DNA from: Felis catus
Taxonomy: Eukaryota
Assembly: GCF_018350175.1 (NCBI RefSeq)
Contig: NC_058368.1
Location: forward strand, 143,656,001 to 143,720,000
DNA length: 64,000 nt
Direction of reading: 5' to 3'
This document shows, in pieces, positions 11,566 to 24,439 of the stretch. A program made the translations under genes and the position numbers. Under the pieces are notes generated by a model. The model was not told where the DNA came from and made no database searches. It saw nothing but the letters and a program-made list of their open reading frames with translations. How positions within the stretch are numbered: position 1 is the stretch's first letter; every line of letters starts with the position of its first letter.

Positions 11566-14500
11566 AAAAACCACATACAATAAATCAGGAAAATAGTGTA
11601 TAAAATGCAGACCTTTGCTGGAGATTGAAACTACACAATAGCATTTCAAAGGTTCAGAAAGGCTCTAGGAACTTAATGTTGTCTAACCAAGCATTTCCCA
11701 AACTTTTTTGACAACAGAACCCTCTACCGATGTAATAATGATAGAATCTGCCAAAACCCACCTACTTCTCCAAGAAACTAAAAGATGTTTTTGAAAGATC
11801 TTACAGTATCATTTCAAATGAACAATAATCACGATGCAAAAACACTTATTTTTCTGTGAATTTTTTAAAGAAACTACTTTGTTTTGCTAAGAATGCTCTT
11901 CTATCATAACAAGTCCCCTTCCTATACAAGTCCAGCTCAAAGTTTCCCTTTCTTAGAATACCTCCTCACCTCCATCACAGTGGTTTTAAGTCTAGGGCTG
12001 GGAAGCTGCACCCTGAGCAAACAGTACATCCTGAGTTTTGGACCAAAATATTTTGCAAACCATTAAAAAAAAACAAAACTTCATCTTTACTTTCAGAGTA
12101 AAGCAGCATTCTGAACCTCCAATGACACTTCAATTAAACTTTTGAGGATAAAAGGATTACAAACCTTTAGTTCATGTAATGAACAACGAATTTCTTCATA
12201 ATCTATTTAAGAAAAGTGAAAACACCGAAAAGCATATGTATATTCCACAGGGCTGAACAAGAAAAAAAGGCAAAAGATAATTCTCAATGCCAACAATATA
12301 CACAAAAGACGACAATCACAACCCAGATTATACTCAGTGGCTCTGCTCAGGATTCCAATTATATAAATAACCAAACCAAGACAAAGTCAATTACTAAATC
12401 CCTATGAGCTTAGGACAAAAAACACAGACTGCACTTGCTTCATTAAAGCCTGGTCCTCATGTTGTCTCGTCACACCGTGTAATTAGAGATAACACAGCAA
12501 AGCAAAGGACTACCACATGAAGACACAGAAGGACTGTTTTCAACGTATTTATCCTTGGAATTAAACCCAGGTACCATAGGAAGAAAATGACACTATTACA
12601 AATATAAAAACCAGAGCATATTTTATAGGGAAAAGGAGTTCTTAGTTTTAGGTTATTGTTTTTTCTTTTCTGGTGAGGCAAAACAGATCTTTAGATAACC
12701 ATTCATTACAAACCTGAGTTGTTTTTTTCTTTAAAATTAAGAAGGAAGTAAATTATATTTAATTTACATTATGTATTTGTCAGAAACTGAATAGTAAATA
12801 CTGTGTTTGGATCATTAAATTTAAATTGTAGTTTAGATAATGATACATTTACTTACTTTTAAAACTCTTTTATTTTGAAATTATAGACTCACAAGAAGTT
12901 GCAAAAATACTACAGACTCTGTGTATCCATCACTCAGCTTCTTACCTTTATTTATATTTTGGCTTTTAAAGGGTTAACACTTTTGACAACATGAAAAACT
13001 GTCAAAAAACCTAATAGGCCTGATGAACATATATTCTTGGAAGAGGCTCTACGAAAACATACTGCTGACTTCAAATACCACTTTTATCACATGAAGGTAC
13101 CTTAAAAATTGTTTTTCTGAGATTCTGTCACTGTTACCAATCTCTGCCTCTTTTGATGTCCAATGGTTTCCCACTTTTGCAGCTTCTGAAAACTTTAACT
13201 TAGCTGTTATTGAAATAAGCTCCCTTATTCCTTCATGTTAATATATCTGGCAACATTAAATGAATAGAAGTTACAAATAGAAATCAACATGCTTGGATTT
13301 ATTGTAAGAATCTTGAACTCTCTAGTATCCCCAAAATAATGCAAACATACCTAAGCTGGAATTTGTCAATGCCAACCTTTGTAAGGGAGAAAACCATTGT
13401 GAAGGAATGACCATCCTCAATGCTCTCTACAGGGTATTTACTGTTATAAGAAGTGGTGGGTCTTATGGATGACTGATGACAATGTGTTGATGAGGGAGCG
13501 TTATCTTATGGGAATTATCTGATCAATTTTCTAATCCTATACTAGCACCAAACCATAAACACATAGTCCCTTTTATCATATTCCACCATCACATCCAAAA
13601 GAAAATAGCTCACAGTATTTTGTTTAAGACCGTGGGCCATCCATCTCAGCAAACTCAAACTTTATCCAAAGCACATCCTGCCAGGCTGATCGCAAATTCT
13701 CTTCCCAATCTGGAAAGCTGTTCCTTTCTAAGAGCTTCCTATATGTGTGGCTGCTCCCTGGAGCAGGTTATACTCAGTTATAGCTTCCGAGCATCTTGTT
13801 GGCCAGTCCCCAAAATGCTCAACTAAGTAGCCCCATATATAAATTCTCACTTATGTAAATCACATTTTGCATCTTAGGAAAGGTAGTCTGGAAACATCAG
13901 ACCCTACCTACTGCAAGGCTAAAGGCAAGTCAAAGCAGGAATGACCAAAAAGAAATAAATCATATTTACAGTTGTCTTTTCTACTAAAATATGACAAATC
14001 CTTGTCATTCTAAAATGATGTCTTTTCATTAAACTTTCAACACATGAAATATTACAGTATGATTACTGGCTGAATTCTGTGTCAAAAGAACATGATCTCA
14101 CATTCTTATAAAAATTTGAACACATTTCTTACCATGGGCATTAGTAGTTTTACTGACAGAAAACTATTACATAACCCAGTATTACTTTGGACTGTGACCA
14201 TGGATAAATTTGGGAGTTAAATTTACCACTTGATTTTAGAATCTGTTAGGGTTGGTATAGCTCTCTCTCCCCCATTTTTTAGTTTTCCAAAAACTAATTT
14301 TAATTGTCCTGTTTTATGTATTTGACAATTTTAAGCCACTTCAAATGCTTCTTAGAAGGTTTAATATAAATCATGATTGAAAATGATCAACTCTAACTAC
14401 AGCATAACCAGATGTCTGATTAATGTGTTAACCACCCTTCTCCAATATACATGGACCCCAGGGGACAATAAAGTCCTATGGTAATGATTTTCAACATAGA

Positions 14501-16071
14501 ATATTCATACAGGTTTTGGATGCTGGAGTCTAATGGAAAATTAATACAAAACACACAAACCTGTTGTATAAGTAATGTGAAACTCATTACTTTCCCTAAA
14601 TGCATCCAAACAGATGAACAAGATTTTGAAGATTACCGTGTTTCTCATTTAATGAAAACTTTCAAGAAAAAATATTTACAGTGACTTAAAGACTCCTGTA
14701 TAATACCTAATACATGAACAAACTGGGAGGATGCGGGTCAAATACAGCTGAGCTCCATTCAGCTCAAATTAGGGGAGTCTCTTGACTACAAAACTGTTTT
14801 CTTAACACGGGAGTTTCTGCAGGATGTGATAAGATTTGCTGAGCACCATAGTAATCTTTTAAGACACTAATCAAAAACATGAGCCCATAATTTAAAAAAC
14901 CCAGAAGTGGTTTTAGGACAACAGGAGCACCTCAGCCACTAAAGTATGCAAGATTCTATTCTAAGCAAAACCACCTGCACAACAAATCCTTCAACAGTTC
15001 AGTAACCAATAAGTAGAAAATGTTCTTTAAAAACTATTGTTATCTCCGCGTATTCCACTGGATCATTCAACTGTTGTAGTTTAACTATATGGAAAATAAT
15101 AAGTTGCCATAACGCTTTTGACTACATGATAGGCTTCTTCTGAAAGAACACTGGTCTGAACCAAGCCTGGTGAACTTGGACCAGGCACACAGTAGGTACT
15201 TCTATTACTCTGGCTGAGGAAGGTCTAACAACTGGGCAAATTCCAGTAAGGCTTTACAGCCTGGCGTAATAACGATGACCAACATACTCAGTTCTCCTGA
15301 AATCAATCCAAGAAAGAGATTACTAAAGTTAAAAATGTACTACAAATACACAGGTCTAAAGCTGCCACATTTGCCCAATAAACTAAAAGCGTCCTTGCCA
15401 ACCTTATATTGAACACATCAGCAAATACCAGAAGTGCATATAGTCAGATGAATATTATATGTAACCACCTTTGATATTTATATATATACATATATATGGT
15501 ACTAATCCTCCCAAAAGATTACACTTCTGAGAGCATAATTAAAAAGCACATTCCTCTTTGTTTTTTAAATAGACTTTTCTATTGAAGTGAATAGAATATT
15601 AGAATATTACATTTTTCCTACTGTCTAAAGTCATCAAATTTCTAAACAGAAGAAAAAGCCTCAAAGAGCCACATATTAGATATTCAAACTGTTCTAAGAA
15701 AACGAAATTAATAACATAACTTGAATAAATAAGAGTGCACATTCAGAACAGAATTCTAGCTTTTGGTCAGCAACATATGAAATAAAGGCAAAAATCTGCC
15801 AAGATTAAGGCAGGTTTTTGGTTTTTTTTTAATATACAGTACAATATGTTTTCTTTGTTCCCCAAGTTCATTTAGCATTCACTTTGATGTTATCTAAAGT
15901 GCACTGCCAGGTCAAAATACAAGCTTCCTAATTAAGAAAAAATAGATGTCATAGAAAGTTTCTTTTTAGAGTCTCCCTAATACCTACTAATGGTATTTTC
16001 TTTTTGCCTTCACACTTAGTGTAAGAGATTACTGCAATAATCATGACTGTGGACACAAAGCATGATGACTG

Positions 16072-16182
16072 TCAGGGTGATAGTCGTTGTAAGGAATTAT
16101 TTTCGTCTTCTGCTGGAGTCAATTTGAGTGTTGGCAGTTTCCGAGGAGGAAGTTGAGGGCTTTGGCGAAGATTGTCATCCAT
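16072..16182 (-). CDS. MTX3: MTX3 last coding exon ([36 protein letters not shown])
   Basis: cttcccacag acceptor; TGA at 16074-16072; joined CDS 939 nt = 312 aa. Confidence 0.95.
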   Translation of the reverse strand: MDDNLRQSPQLPPRKLPTLKLTPAEDENNSLQRLSP

Positions 16183-16721
16183 CTGTGGGAAGTACAAAAA
16201 GTACATGTGACTGATGGCTGTGGCACCACTTTCATGGACTGTGACCTCCTCATCCAAACTATAGCCTAGAAGAGCACAGAACCATATGGTTCCAGGACTG
16301 CTCGAGAAACCTTTTTCTTACAGATAATCTCGCAGGAACTCTAAATGTCATACCTCAAATACCAGCTAACTCAGTTTATGTGTACAAGCAATATTGCTCA
16401 TCCTTGATGCCTTTGCAAAATTATAGCAATTCCACAAAATGAATATTCTACTGAACTCAACCACATCACAACTGGATTTAAGAGGTCTCCTAGTATAGTA
16501 AGTGGAAAAGCATTACTTCTGATACACTAAGCTCCACAGTTTACTAATTATGTTGATGTACAATACCTCATTTGATCTTCCCAACACAAATGTGAAGAAA
16601 CCATGGAAGACGATCATTCCCTATTTTACGTAGCAGCAAAACGAAGCTCAGAAAGGTTAAGAAATTTGCATTAGGTTGCAAAGCTAGTATCAAAAGTTGA
16701 AATTAAAACCCAGGTCTTCTT

Positions 16722-16937
16722 TAAAATGTTTTCTTTAACCTTTATTTATTTTTGAGACAGAGACAGACAGAGCATGAATGGGGGAGGGTCAGAGAGAGGG
16801 AGACACAGAATCTGAAACAGGCTCCAAGCTCCGAGCTGTCAGCACAGAGCCCGACGCAGGGCTCGAACTCATGGACTGCGAGATCACGATCTGAGCCGAA
16901 GTCGGACGCTTAACCGACTGAGCCACCCAGGTGCCCC
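16722..16937 (-). mobile_element. Can-SINE (SINEC_Fc-like) inserted in a MIR, MTX3 intron 8
   Basis: 17-bp TSD aaaacccaggtcttctt; MIR-like flanks ~16540-16990. Confidence 0.92.
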
Positions 16938-17264
16938 AAAACCCAGGTCTTCTTATTCCAATACTATTATTCTTTCAACTGCACCCCACAGCCTCAGTGA
17001 AAATGACCTGTACTCCCTTCAAAAAGACAATTTCTTTTAGGCTGCAAGTATTTAGCTAGGAAAAGAGACAGATAGAAGGAGAAACTATTTAGACCTAATC
17101 CAGAATTCCAGGTATTCCAAACACCAGATCAGTTCTAAGCCTGCTCTAGAAAAAGAAATTACTATGGAGCATATTGAGAAAATGTCCAAGAGTTTCAGAC
17201 TTGCCCTCAGGAGGACATTAGCATCCCTGGAAACACTAGGAGAGGAATCATTTAGAACTGAGTC

Positions 17265-17700
17265 AGGCTGGTGGGAATGCAAACTGGTGCAGCCACTCCA
17301 GAAACAGTATGGAGGTTTCTCAAAAAATTAAAAATAGAACTACCCTATGACCCAGCAATTGCCCTACTAGGTATTTATCCAAAGGTACAGGTGTGCTGTT
17401 TCGAAGGGAAACATGCACCCCCATGTTTATAGCAGCACTATCGACAAGCCAAATTATGGAAAGGTCCCATATATCCATCGACTGATGAATGGATAAAGAT
17501 GTGGTATATATATACTGGAATACTACTTAGCAATCAAAAAGAATGAAATCTTGCCATTTGCCACAATGTGGATGGAACTACAGTGCATTATGCTAAGTGA
17601 AATAAGTCAGAGAAAGACAAATATGATTTCATTCATATGTGGAATTTAAGAGACAAAGCAGATGAACATAAGGGAAGAGAAGCAAAAATAATTATACGTT
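17265..17700 (+). mobile_element. 5'-truncated carnivore L1 fragment (ORF2 end / 3'UTR)
   Basis: gggaatgcaaactggtgcagccact...gaactaccctatgacccagcaatt L1 motifs. Confidence 0.9.
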
Positions 17701-17703
17701 ACT

Positions 17704-17758
17704 TATATATAAATAAGAAATACATATATATTTATATGTACATATATGTACATATATA

Positions 17759-17804
<46 letters not shown>

Positions 17805-17821
17805 TATATATATTCCATGTG

Positions 17822-17866
<45 letters not shown>
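17704..17866. repeat. Compound (TA)n/(TG)n/(CA)n microsatellite
   Basis: Direct reading; includes a perfect 60-bp palindrome at 17752-17811. Confidence 0.95.
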
Positions 17867-17868
<2 letters not shown>

Positions 17869-18949
17869 GGAAAGAATGGAGTCATACCTTACAAAGCTAC
17901 CTTTCAACCAGAACACCCCACAAACAGAGTGCAGGGTTCACAGCCTGGTGCTGAGCTCTCTATCAGCTCAACTTCAGAAAAGACTTGAAAGCAGTTGCCG
18001 CCAAAGATCCCACACCAACAGCAAACAGCATCTGACTACCCACTTGATAAACAGGCTTTTCCAGAGTTTTGATTATGTGCAGAGCAAAACTCTCCCTTAT
18101 CTGCTCCAGATGCTCTTATAAAGCACAGAGGAAATGTCTCAGCAGAGATACAAGCAGCTTACAGGAAAGGAAAGAGTATAAAAGATTAACTTTTAACTTT
18201 CCAATGGAAAAAAATATTCCCAGTGGACTGCTTGAATCAATTGGGTTGTCTTTTTTTTTTGTAAGAACTAAGTCCCCCAAACATTACTTTTTTTCTTTTT
18301 TTCTTAAGCTCTAGATTTTCTGTGCAAATGGTGAACAGTAGTAGCCAATAGGATTTGTTGCTCTTAATGTCCTGCAGCCAACAGTGAATGAACCACAATG
18401 AAGAGCAGATATGAAACAGGGGTGGGAAGGAGAGTGCCTGATTTAGAGTTAGGAAACGTTCACATGCTGATAATGACCCAAGATCGAAGTGTACAAAGCG
18501 GTGACAGGGCCTCTTAGGTTCACCTCCTGCATATGTAGGTATTTCGTGGTTCCCTTTATATGTCTGTCATGAATTTGCCAAATACAGAAAATGAAAACTG
18601 TATTGGATAGCCTTCATCCAGCAGCTAAGTGTCGAAAACAATCTGAGTAATCTTTCCATTATCCACACCTAACACTCAATATCTTTCCTCTCCATGGGAT
18701 TTACTGGGCTGGGCTAAGCAGACAAACTTGGCATTCAACGAGCCCACCTAAACTTTAATACTGGTCTTTTACAGTTTTACTGCTCAGTCCTACTCACTTC
18801 TCAAGTTCTAACAACACATGAGATACTCTACAAAGAAACAGAAAGGTCATTCCAGAGAGTGACAGAGGTTTCTTGCTACTAGTACTACTAGCACTGGATA
18901 CATAATTTCATTCATTTGCAGCTTACTAACTGCAAAGCCCATGATGGAA

Positions 18950-19170
18950 TCCAATTTGTAGGGTTCGAATCCCCTTTGCCTCTCACCACCTGAATGCTCT
19001 CGGGCAGGTAACATACACTGCTCTCCAGGCTTCACTATCCTTATCTGTAAGATAGGACTGACGGAGTAGCTGCACACACAGCGGCTGTGAGGATTCAATG
19101 AGGTAACTCGAAAGCTCATAGGACACAATGCCTGTTATTCAGACCTCAAAAACTGTTAGCCAGTGTTATT
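18950..19170 (+). mobile_element. MIR
   Basis: gggttcgaatccc...atctgtaagatagg...gtgaggattcaatgag core. Confidence 0.7.
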
Positions 19171-19897
19171 AGGCCACATTGCCTCATTAGTTAGTGAAAG
19201 AATGAAGTATCATTCACTGGCATAAGAAAAAAGTTGAACAGACACTTGGGGAAAAAATGAATCAACTCTCTTGTATTTTTCCAATTAGAATCACCCTTGA
19301 AATTCCCACTACTGGCGTGCGTGCTCTCTCTCTCTCTCTCTCTCTCTCCTACCCGCTTCCTCAGTATCTCTCTCTCAGCAAATGAACGCGACCAAAGTGG
19401 CAAAATACCCACAGTGATGAAAAACTGTGGGCAACAATTAGAAAAGAGAAGGATAGAAGAAGCAAAGCAAAACAGTTTATGTAGAAGAAAGAAAAAGACA
19501 TCATAGTGTGATTAACAAGAAAGGACCAGCACTGGTGCTTACAATCTCAAGAAATGTTAACCTTGGGAGACAGAAACAGACAAGCAAGAAGTGTGTTTGT
19601 TTTGTCTTTTTTTTTTTTAAGCTAGGCTTTTGGTCTCCCAACTTGAAAAATACTAATTATATGGTAAAAATAAGCCCAATACCACTATCAAAGTAATCGA
19701 ACCACTACTGGCTTCAAAACACTATATTATATACAACTGTAGTAAATGTATATTTGAGCAGCTTTATGAAAAAATAAACTCTTTAAAAAATAAGAGGGTA
19801 AAATAATGCATATTAACTATACAATTAAAGTTACAATATTAATTTCAGAAAGAAAAATACTAAACTACTATAAAATAATGACTGAAGTAAACTTGAC

Positions 19898-19986
19898 CTT
19901 TTCAATCAAGTTGGATTCCTTATTTACAAGTTGTGTGAGTTTCTGCAGATTTGCGTCTACTGTTTCTTGACCAGCAGGAGAGGTGC
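19898..19986 (-). CDS. MTX3: MTX3 exon 8 ([30 protein letters not shown])
   Basis: ttcttag acceptor; non-consensus donor AAG|GTCAAG; 89 nt restores phase 0 before exon 9. Confidence 0.92.
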
Positions 19987-20354
19987 CTAAGAAGCCAGGA
20001 CAGAAATCAGAAAGACAGAAAATTTTGAAAGTCTTTAAAGCTGTTCAGACTGAAAGAATTTTGAGTCCATCCACCCTCCCAAGTACACTGCCCTCCAAAA
20101 ATAAATAAAATCAAGCAAAGAGAAAAACCATTATGGGTTCAAAGGCAAAGAGGGATAGTAATGCTCCAAAACCAAACCTAAACAAAAGGACTAAATCTGT
20201 CCATGAAGTAGACAGCCAAGTGTTATGCAACCAGCCAAAGTGATTAGTAAAAGAGCACAATGGTCCTCATTTCCTTCTCCAATTTGAGCTGTACCTTTTC
20301 CCCACCCGTATCAAATAGGCCTTTAGTCACAGCTATTTGGATAGCTGTCTAAGG

Positions 20355-20513
20355 CAGGGACTCCCAAACAGCTATCAAACAGGCATCCAAAGTATTTGGA
20401 AGAACTTAAAAAATACAGATTTCTGGGCTCTACCCTGAAGGGATTCTAATGCGGTATCTCTGGCTTAGGACTCAAGACTGTATATGTCCTCCGGCCAGGT
20501 TTGCTAATCACTG
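20355..20513. mobile_element. MER5-like hAT-Charlie fossil
   Basis: aaaaatacagatttctgggctctaccc...gattct motif; CAG...CTG ends. Confidence 0.5.
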
Positions 20514-21237
20514 CTCCAAAGTAACAAGGTTGAAAGTGATTTAGTTTCATGACTCACCCCTCTCTCTCTAAAAAACATATAAACCACCATGAAAAATAAA
20601 GTGTCCCTAAGCCAGCTATCCTTGTAACTGCTGTTTCTTAAAAGGACAATTTCTGCCAACTCTCCCAATACAAATTTAGTATCCCAATCACTTACACACA
20701 TGGCCCACACACCCAAGGAATCATATCCTAAGTGATAGGTGCCCTCTATTTACAATACCTCCAGTCTGATGCAATCAGTTTTCAAGTAGTGGTATCATGG
20801 GAGTGTACCTCACCCAAATCAATCTGCTGCTGATTTCTGTTCACGCAGGAAAATGCTAGAAGCAACATTTAAAATAATTGCCCATTTGCATTAGGATAGA
20901 TGCTATCTTTCAGCAGGGACTCAATAAATACCTGTAGTTAACTTTTAGAAGAAAATGATCCACTTCAAAGGGGCAATATTTAAAGAAGAACAAGAGGCAA
21001 GAAATGTATAAAATCTAGAAGAATAGGCAAAAGGAAAATATCTATTTCTCTATTTAAAATAGAACTAACACATGGGAATAAAGTTGGAAAAATAAAATTT
21101 TTTCAAATGCTGTAAGTCAGCACTTAAAGACGATACACAAACTTCTTTAATAAGTCATGAATTTTGCTTATCCATCCTTAGGAGAATATGCAGATACTCT
21201 ACGCAAACGCAGATTAGCTGAAGAGAAGCCAGCTTAC

Positions 21238-21395
21238 CTCCAAGACTAAGCTTAAAATAACTATTTAGGATGTCATCACAAAAGCGGCACAGGTTGGAGA
21301 GCTGTTTCAAATGTTCTTGTAATTGAACTTTAGGAAAGCGTATTTTATAAAGAGGTGCAAGAAAACCAAACACGTAGGCATCCAAGGTAGATGGC
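21238..21395 (-). CDS. MTX3: MTX3 exon 7 ([52 protein letters not shown])
   Basis: tttttag acceptor, G|GTAAGC donor; 158 nt; overlaps ORF 21155..21427. Confidence 0.97.
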
Positions 21396-21899
21396 CTAAA
21401 AATAAATTCAGGATTTTTAAAAAACACATAGGAAAATATTAACTTGGGATCATGTTAAAAATATTTTTTCTCTAATACATTTACCAATTCTGAAGTATAC
21501 AATATAGTCTTTTAGAAGGTTTACTGCACATGTAAGCTTATAAAAATGATGTAATGAGGGTTTTTAAAAAAAAATTTTAATACTCTAACCATTTATTTTA
21601 TTTAGAAGAAAATTAACTTATAAATTAAAAATTCATCTTTACTTACAAGTGTTATATGAAGATATGAGACAGGGTGGGGATAGTCTTAGATATTTAAAAT
21701 TCATATATATGGCATGTCTAGTCAATTTTTGATTACCATGGACAGAGAAATTACTATAGTAATTCATTAAATCTTTTTTTTTTTTTTTAAAGCAAAACCT
21801 CATGGGTGGGAGGGGTGGCAAGAGGACTTGCTTTAAATAACTACTCATGGACTATATGCATACAAAACACGAAAACGATTTTTAAGGGAATGCACTCAC

Positions 21900-21976
21900 G
21901 TATCTCCAAAGAAAAACTGAGATGTTCCCAATCTGTTTGACAGAAGATTTAGGCACTCCTTGGCATCTCTGTATAT
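21900..21976 (-). CDS. MTX3: MTX3 exon 6 (IYRDAKECLNLLSNRLGTSQFFFGD-T)
   Basis: ctag acceptor, AC|GTGAGT donor; 77 nt; GST-C-like FFFGD motif. Confidence 0.97.
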
Positions 21977-22118
21977 CTAGTAAGGATGAAATTACAACTC
22001 AAAGGTAGAACAGATGCTCTAGAAGTCCTTCTAAGCAGGCATCCAGGATGTTCATCTCTGCTGTCTCTCTTGTCCCTCCCCTGGAGGGACCTTGCTCTGA
22101 AAGTAATCCCAACCATAC

Positions 22119-22301
22119 CTGAGCTTCCACTTCTCGGAGGTGGTAAAGGGGAGGCTCTCCTTTAGTCAGGAGAATTCTATTCAGTGCTCCCTTAGACATC
22201 CTTCCAGGCAGGATCAAACTCAAGGGAAAAGGAATTCGTGAAGCAAACCATGGCTTTGTCACAGCAAAGTAATTGTCACTCTCAACCCAGAATGTGTGAA
22301 G
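22119..22301 (-). CDS. MTX3: MTX3 exon 5 ([61 protein letters not shown])
   Basis: ttttgtag acceptor, CAG|GTATGG donor; 183 nt; overlaps ORF 21999..22262. Confidence 0.97.
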
Positions 22302-22813
22302 CTACAAAACAAAACAAACGAAAAACACAAGCATGTTCTTTTATGAAAAGAAAGGTCATTTAAACAGTGTGAAAGTTTTGGGTAAATATCCTTGTATAAA
22401 GTGGCTTCATAAAACTTTCCCAATTAGAATGACTCAAGGATGAAACAAGATTTTAAACACGTGGATTTGTTGATTGCTATATCCCAGGCACCCAGAACAA
22501 GGCCTGGCACATATGTGCTCAATAAATATTTGTTGAAGGAGTGAATGATAGTTAGCTAAATTCTGTACATGGAGGAACAAACTCTGTCTTCCACAAATAA
22601 TTTTTATTTCCAAAATGACAGTATCTTTCATGTTGTTTCATGTCTTAGCTGAATGTCTAACAGAACCCAGTTTCACAGTGACATGAAAGAATCAAAATTA
22701 ATTCATAAATGAAATTTCCTCCTTTAAGCCTTTTTCACTATGTTCCTTCTAAATAGATTAAAGCATACTTTTAGTAGGTCAACTACAATGATGTAATATT
22801 CACCAATGCTCAC

Positions 22814-22906
22814 CACTGCAGGAAGAAGCTTCTCTTCAAGGAGAGCAATGTAAGCCAGTGTATCTGCCCCCTGTTTTGCTGAGAGTTCATAATCAGCATT
22901 ATATTT
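22814..22906 (-). CDS. MTX3: MTX3 exon 4 ([31 protein letters not shown])
   Basis: aatag acceptor, GTG|GTGAGC donor; 93 nt; metaxin-typical motif. Confidence 0.96.
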
Positions 22907-23865
22907 CTATTAAAAAATATAAAACCAAAAAACTTCAGAAGTCAAGGGTATCCCAAAACAGTGAAGTTAAATTAATTAAGATTCCTATTCTTCCTCAAAA
23001 ATGGCAAATATGATATTGAAAGGCATAATGATAAATACAAATTCAATGACAAATGCCGTTTAATGCAAATACAGTTCTTAGCACATCCCGCACACAGTAA
23101 GGTCAATAAATATCAGCTACGATTTTTTATTAATTGATATTCTGTGATTGTTTACGACCTAGTTTAGCGCATGGCATGTTGTACCAACAATAAATAGAAG
23201 TTATTACCTTTAACAATAAGGAAGAAGTTCTAATTGGTTGCATTTTTCCCCGTGAAAAAAGAAAGAAAACCTTCCAAGTTAGAACAATTCTAAATTCTGT
23301 TGACCTAGGATTTATTTTTTCAAGGAAAGTATTGGCAAAACCAATTACAACTTTTGTATTTATAAAAGTCTTTACATGTTTAAACATTTTGTATGCATTA
23401 TATAAATCTTTAGATGCTCACACATTTTAGATACCTTACTTCATGGGACATTTAACTGCAACTCTCCAGTGAAGCGCTTTTTAAAAATAAAATAGGTGCT
23501 AGTTGATGGGAACTCAGATGCCATATGCAGCAGAAAGTGAGTGGCAGCTTTCACTCAAGTGATAATCCTATCAATAAGTGTAATCATAAAGATGGCTTCA
23601 TTGAACCTGCCTATTTCTAAACTTCAAGAAAATCCAAAAAAGTACATGAAAATATAAATTGAGTGTTCCTCACTACATGACTTTCAAATCACAGTAAAAC
23701 TCATGATTCAGAGCGGTAGTTCTCAAGTCTCTTTTTATATCAAACTCCAATTGTCTACTGAGTTGGTAAAAAAGAATTTAAAAAAATTTCCCCAAACCTT
23801 ACAATGTATTTTTTTTTTAAGTAACATGTAGGGAACAATCTACTTCTTCAAAAGGAACCACCCAC

Positions 23866-23942
23866 CTGTTTTCTTAAAAAGTTTAGTATTTTCGCAGGCT
23901 GAGAAACAATGTTGTCTTCGGTTGTCAAAATTGGTACATCTC
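23866..23942 (-). CDS. MTX3: MTX3 exon 3 ([25 protein letters not shown])
   Basis: tgtag acceptor, CAG|GTGGGT donor; 77 nt restores phase 0. Confidence 0.96.
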
Positions 23943-24295
23943 CTACAATCAAAAACAGTTTACATACAAGGAAACATTTCTATTTGCTCTGAAGAGATTG
24001 CAGTCCCCTAAAAACCATACCAATTGCACATTCGGAGGGGGCAAAATGAGTAAGCTCATCTTAGTTTTTTGCAATTTCACAAAGCAGTTGTAGAGAACAG
24101 TGCCGTATACAGTATTACTCAGAATGCCCAAACCGTAAGCAACACACAGCCAAAGTTATGGTAAGAAGAAACTAAAACCCCAAGGTACTCCATGGCTATA
24201 TGCTTCATAGCTTTAAATTCAGATTTGGAGGTTGGGGGGCGGAGGGGGGCGGGGGGAGTCTCTTAAGAGAGGAGAAAATTGTGTTTACACTGTAC

Positions 24296-24365
24296 CTCTT
24301 GAACCTCTCCAGGTGTTATCTATGACATTGACTTTCAAGGGTGCACCAGAAAATTTGGCGTAAGC
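24296..24365 (-). CDS. MTX3: MTX3 exon 2 ([24 protein letters not shown])
   Basis: tttcag acceptor, G|GTACAG donor; 70 nt; continues frame. Confidence 0.96.
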
Positions 24366-24439
24366 CTGAAACAAAGTTGGTAAGAAAACATTTAGACTGA
24401 GTACGTAGTGCAAATCTGCAAGCAGCTTTAATCCACAGC

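Larger units (their letters stand above)
9670..16071 (-). other. MTX3: Probable long MTX3 3'UTR
   Basis: Repeat-poor AT-rich stretch after the stop; minus-strand AATAAA at 9691-9696 followed by U-rich sequence; end point inferred. Confidence 0.55.

Noticed and set aside
17637..18121. Five overlapping ORFs rich in HT/CV/YI
   Set aside because: Dinucleotide microsatellite artefacts
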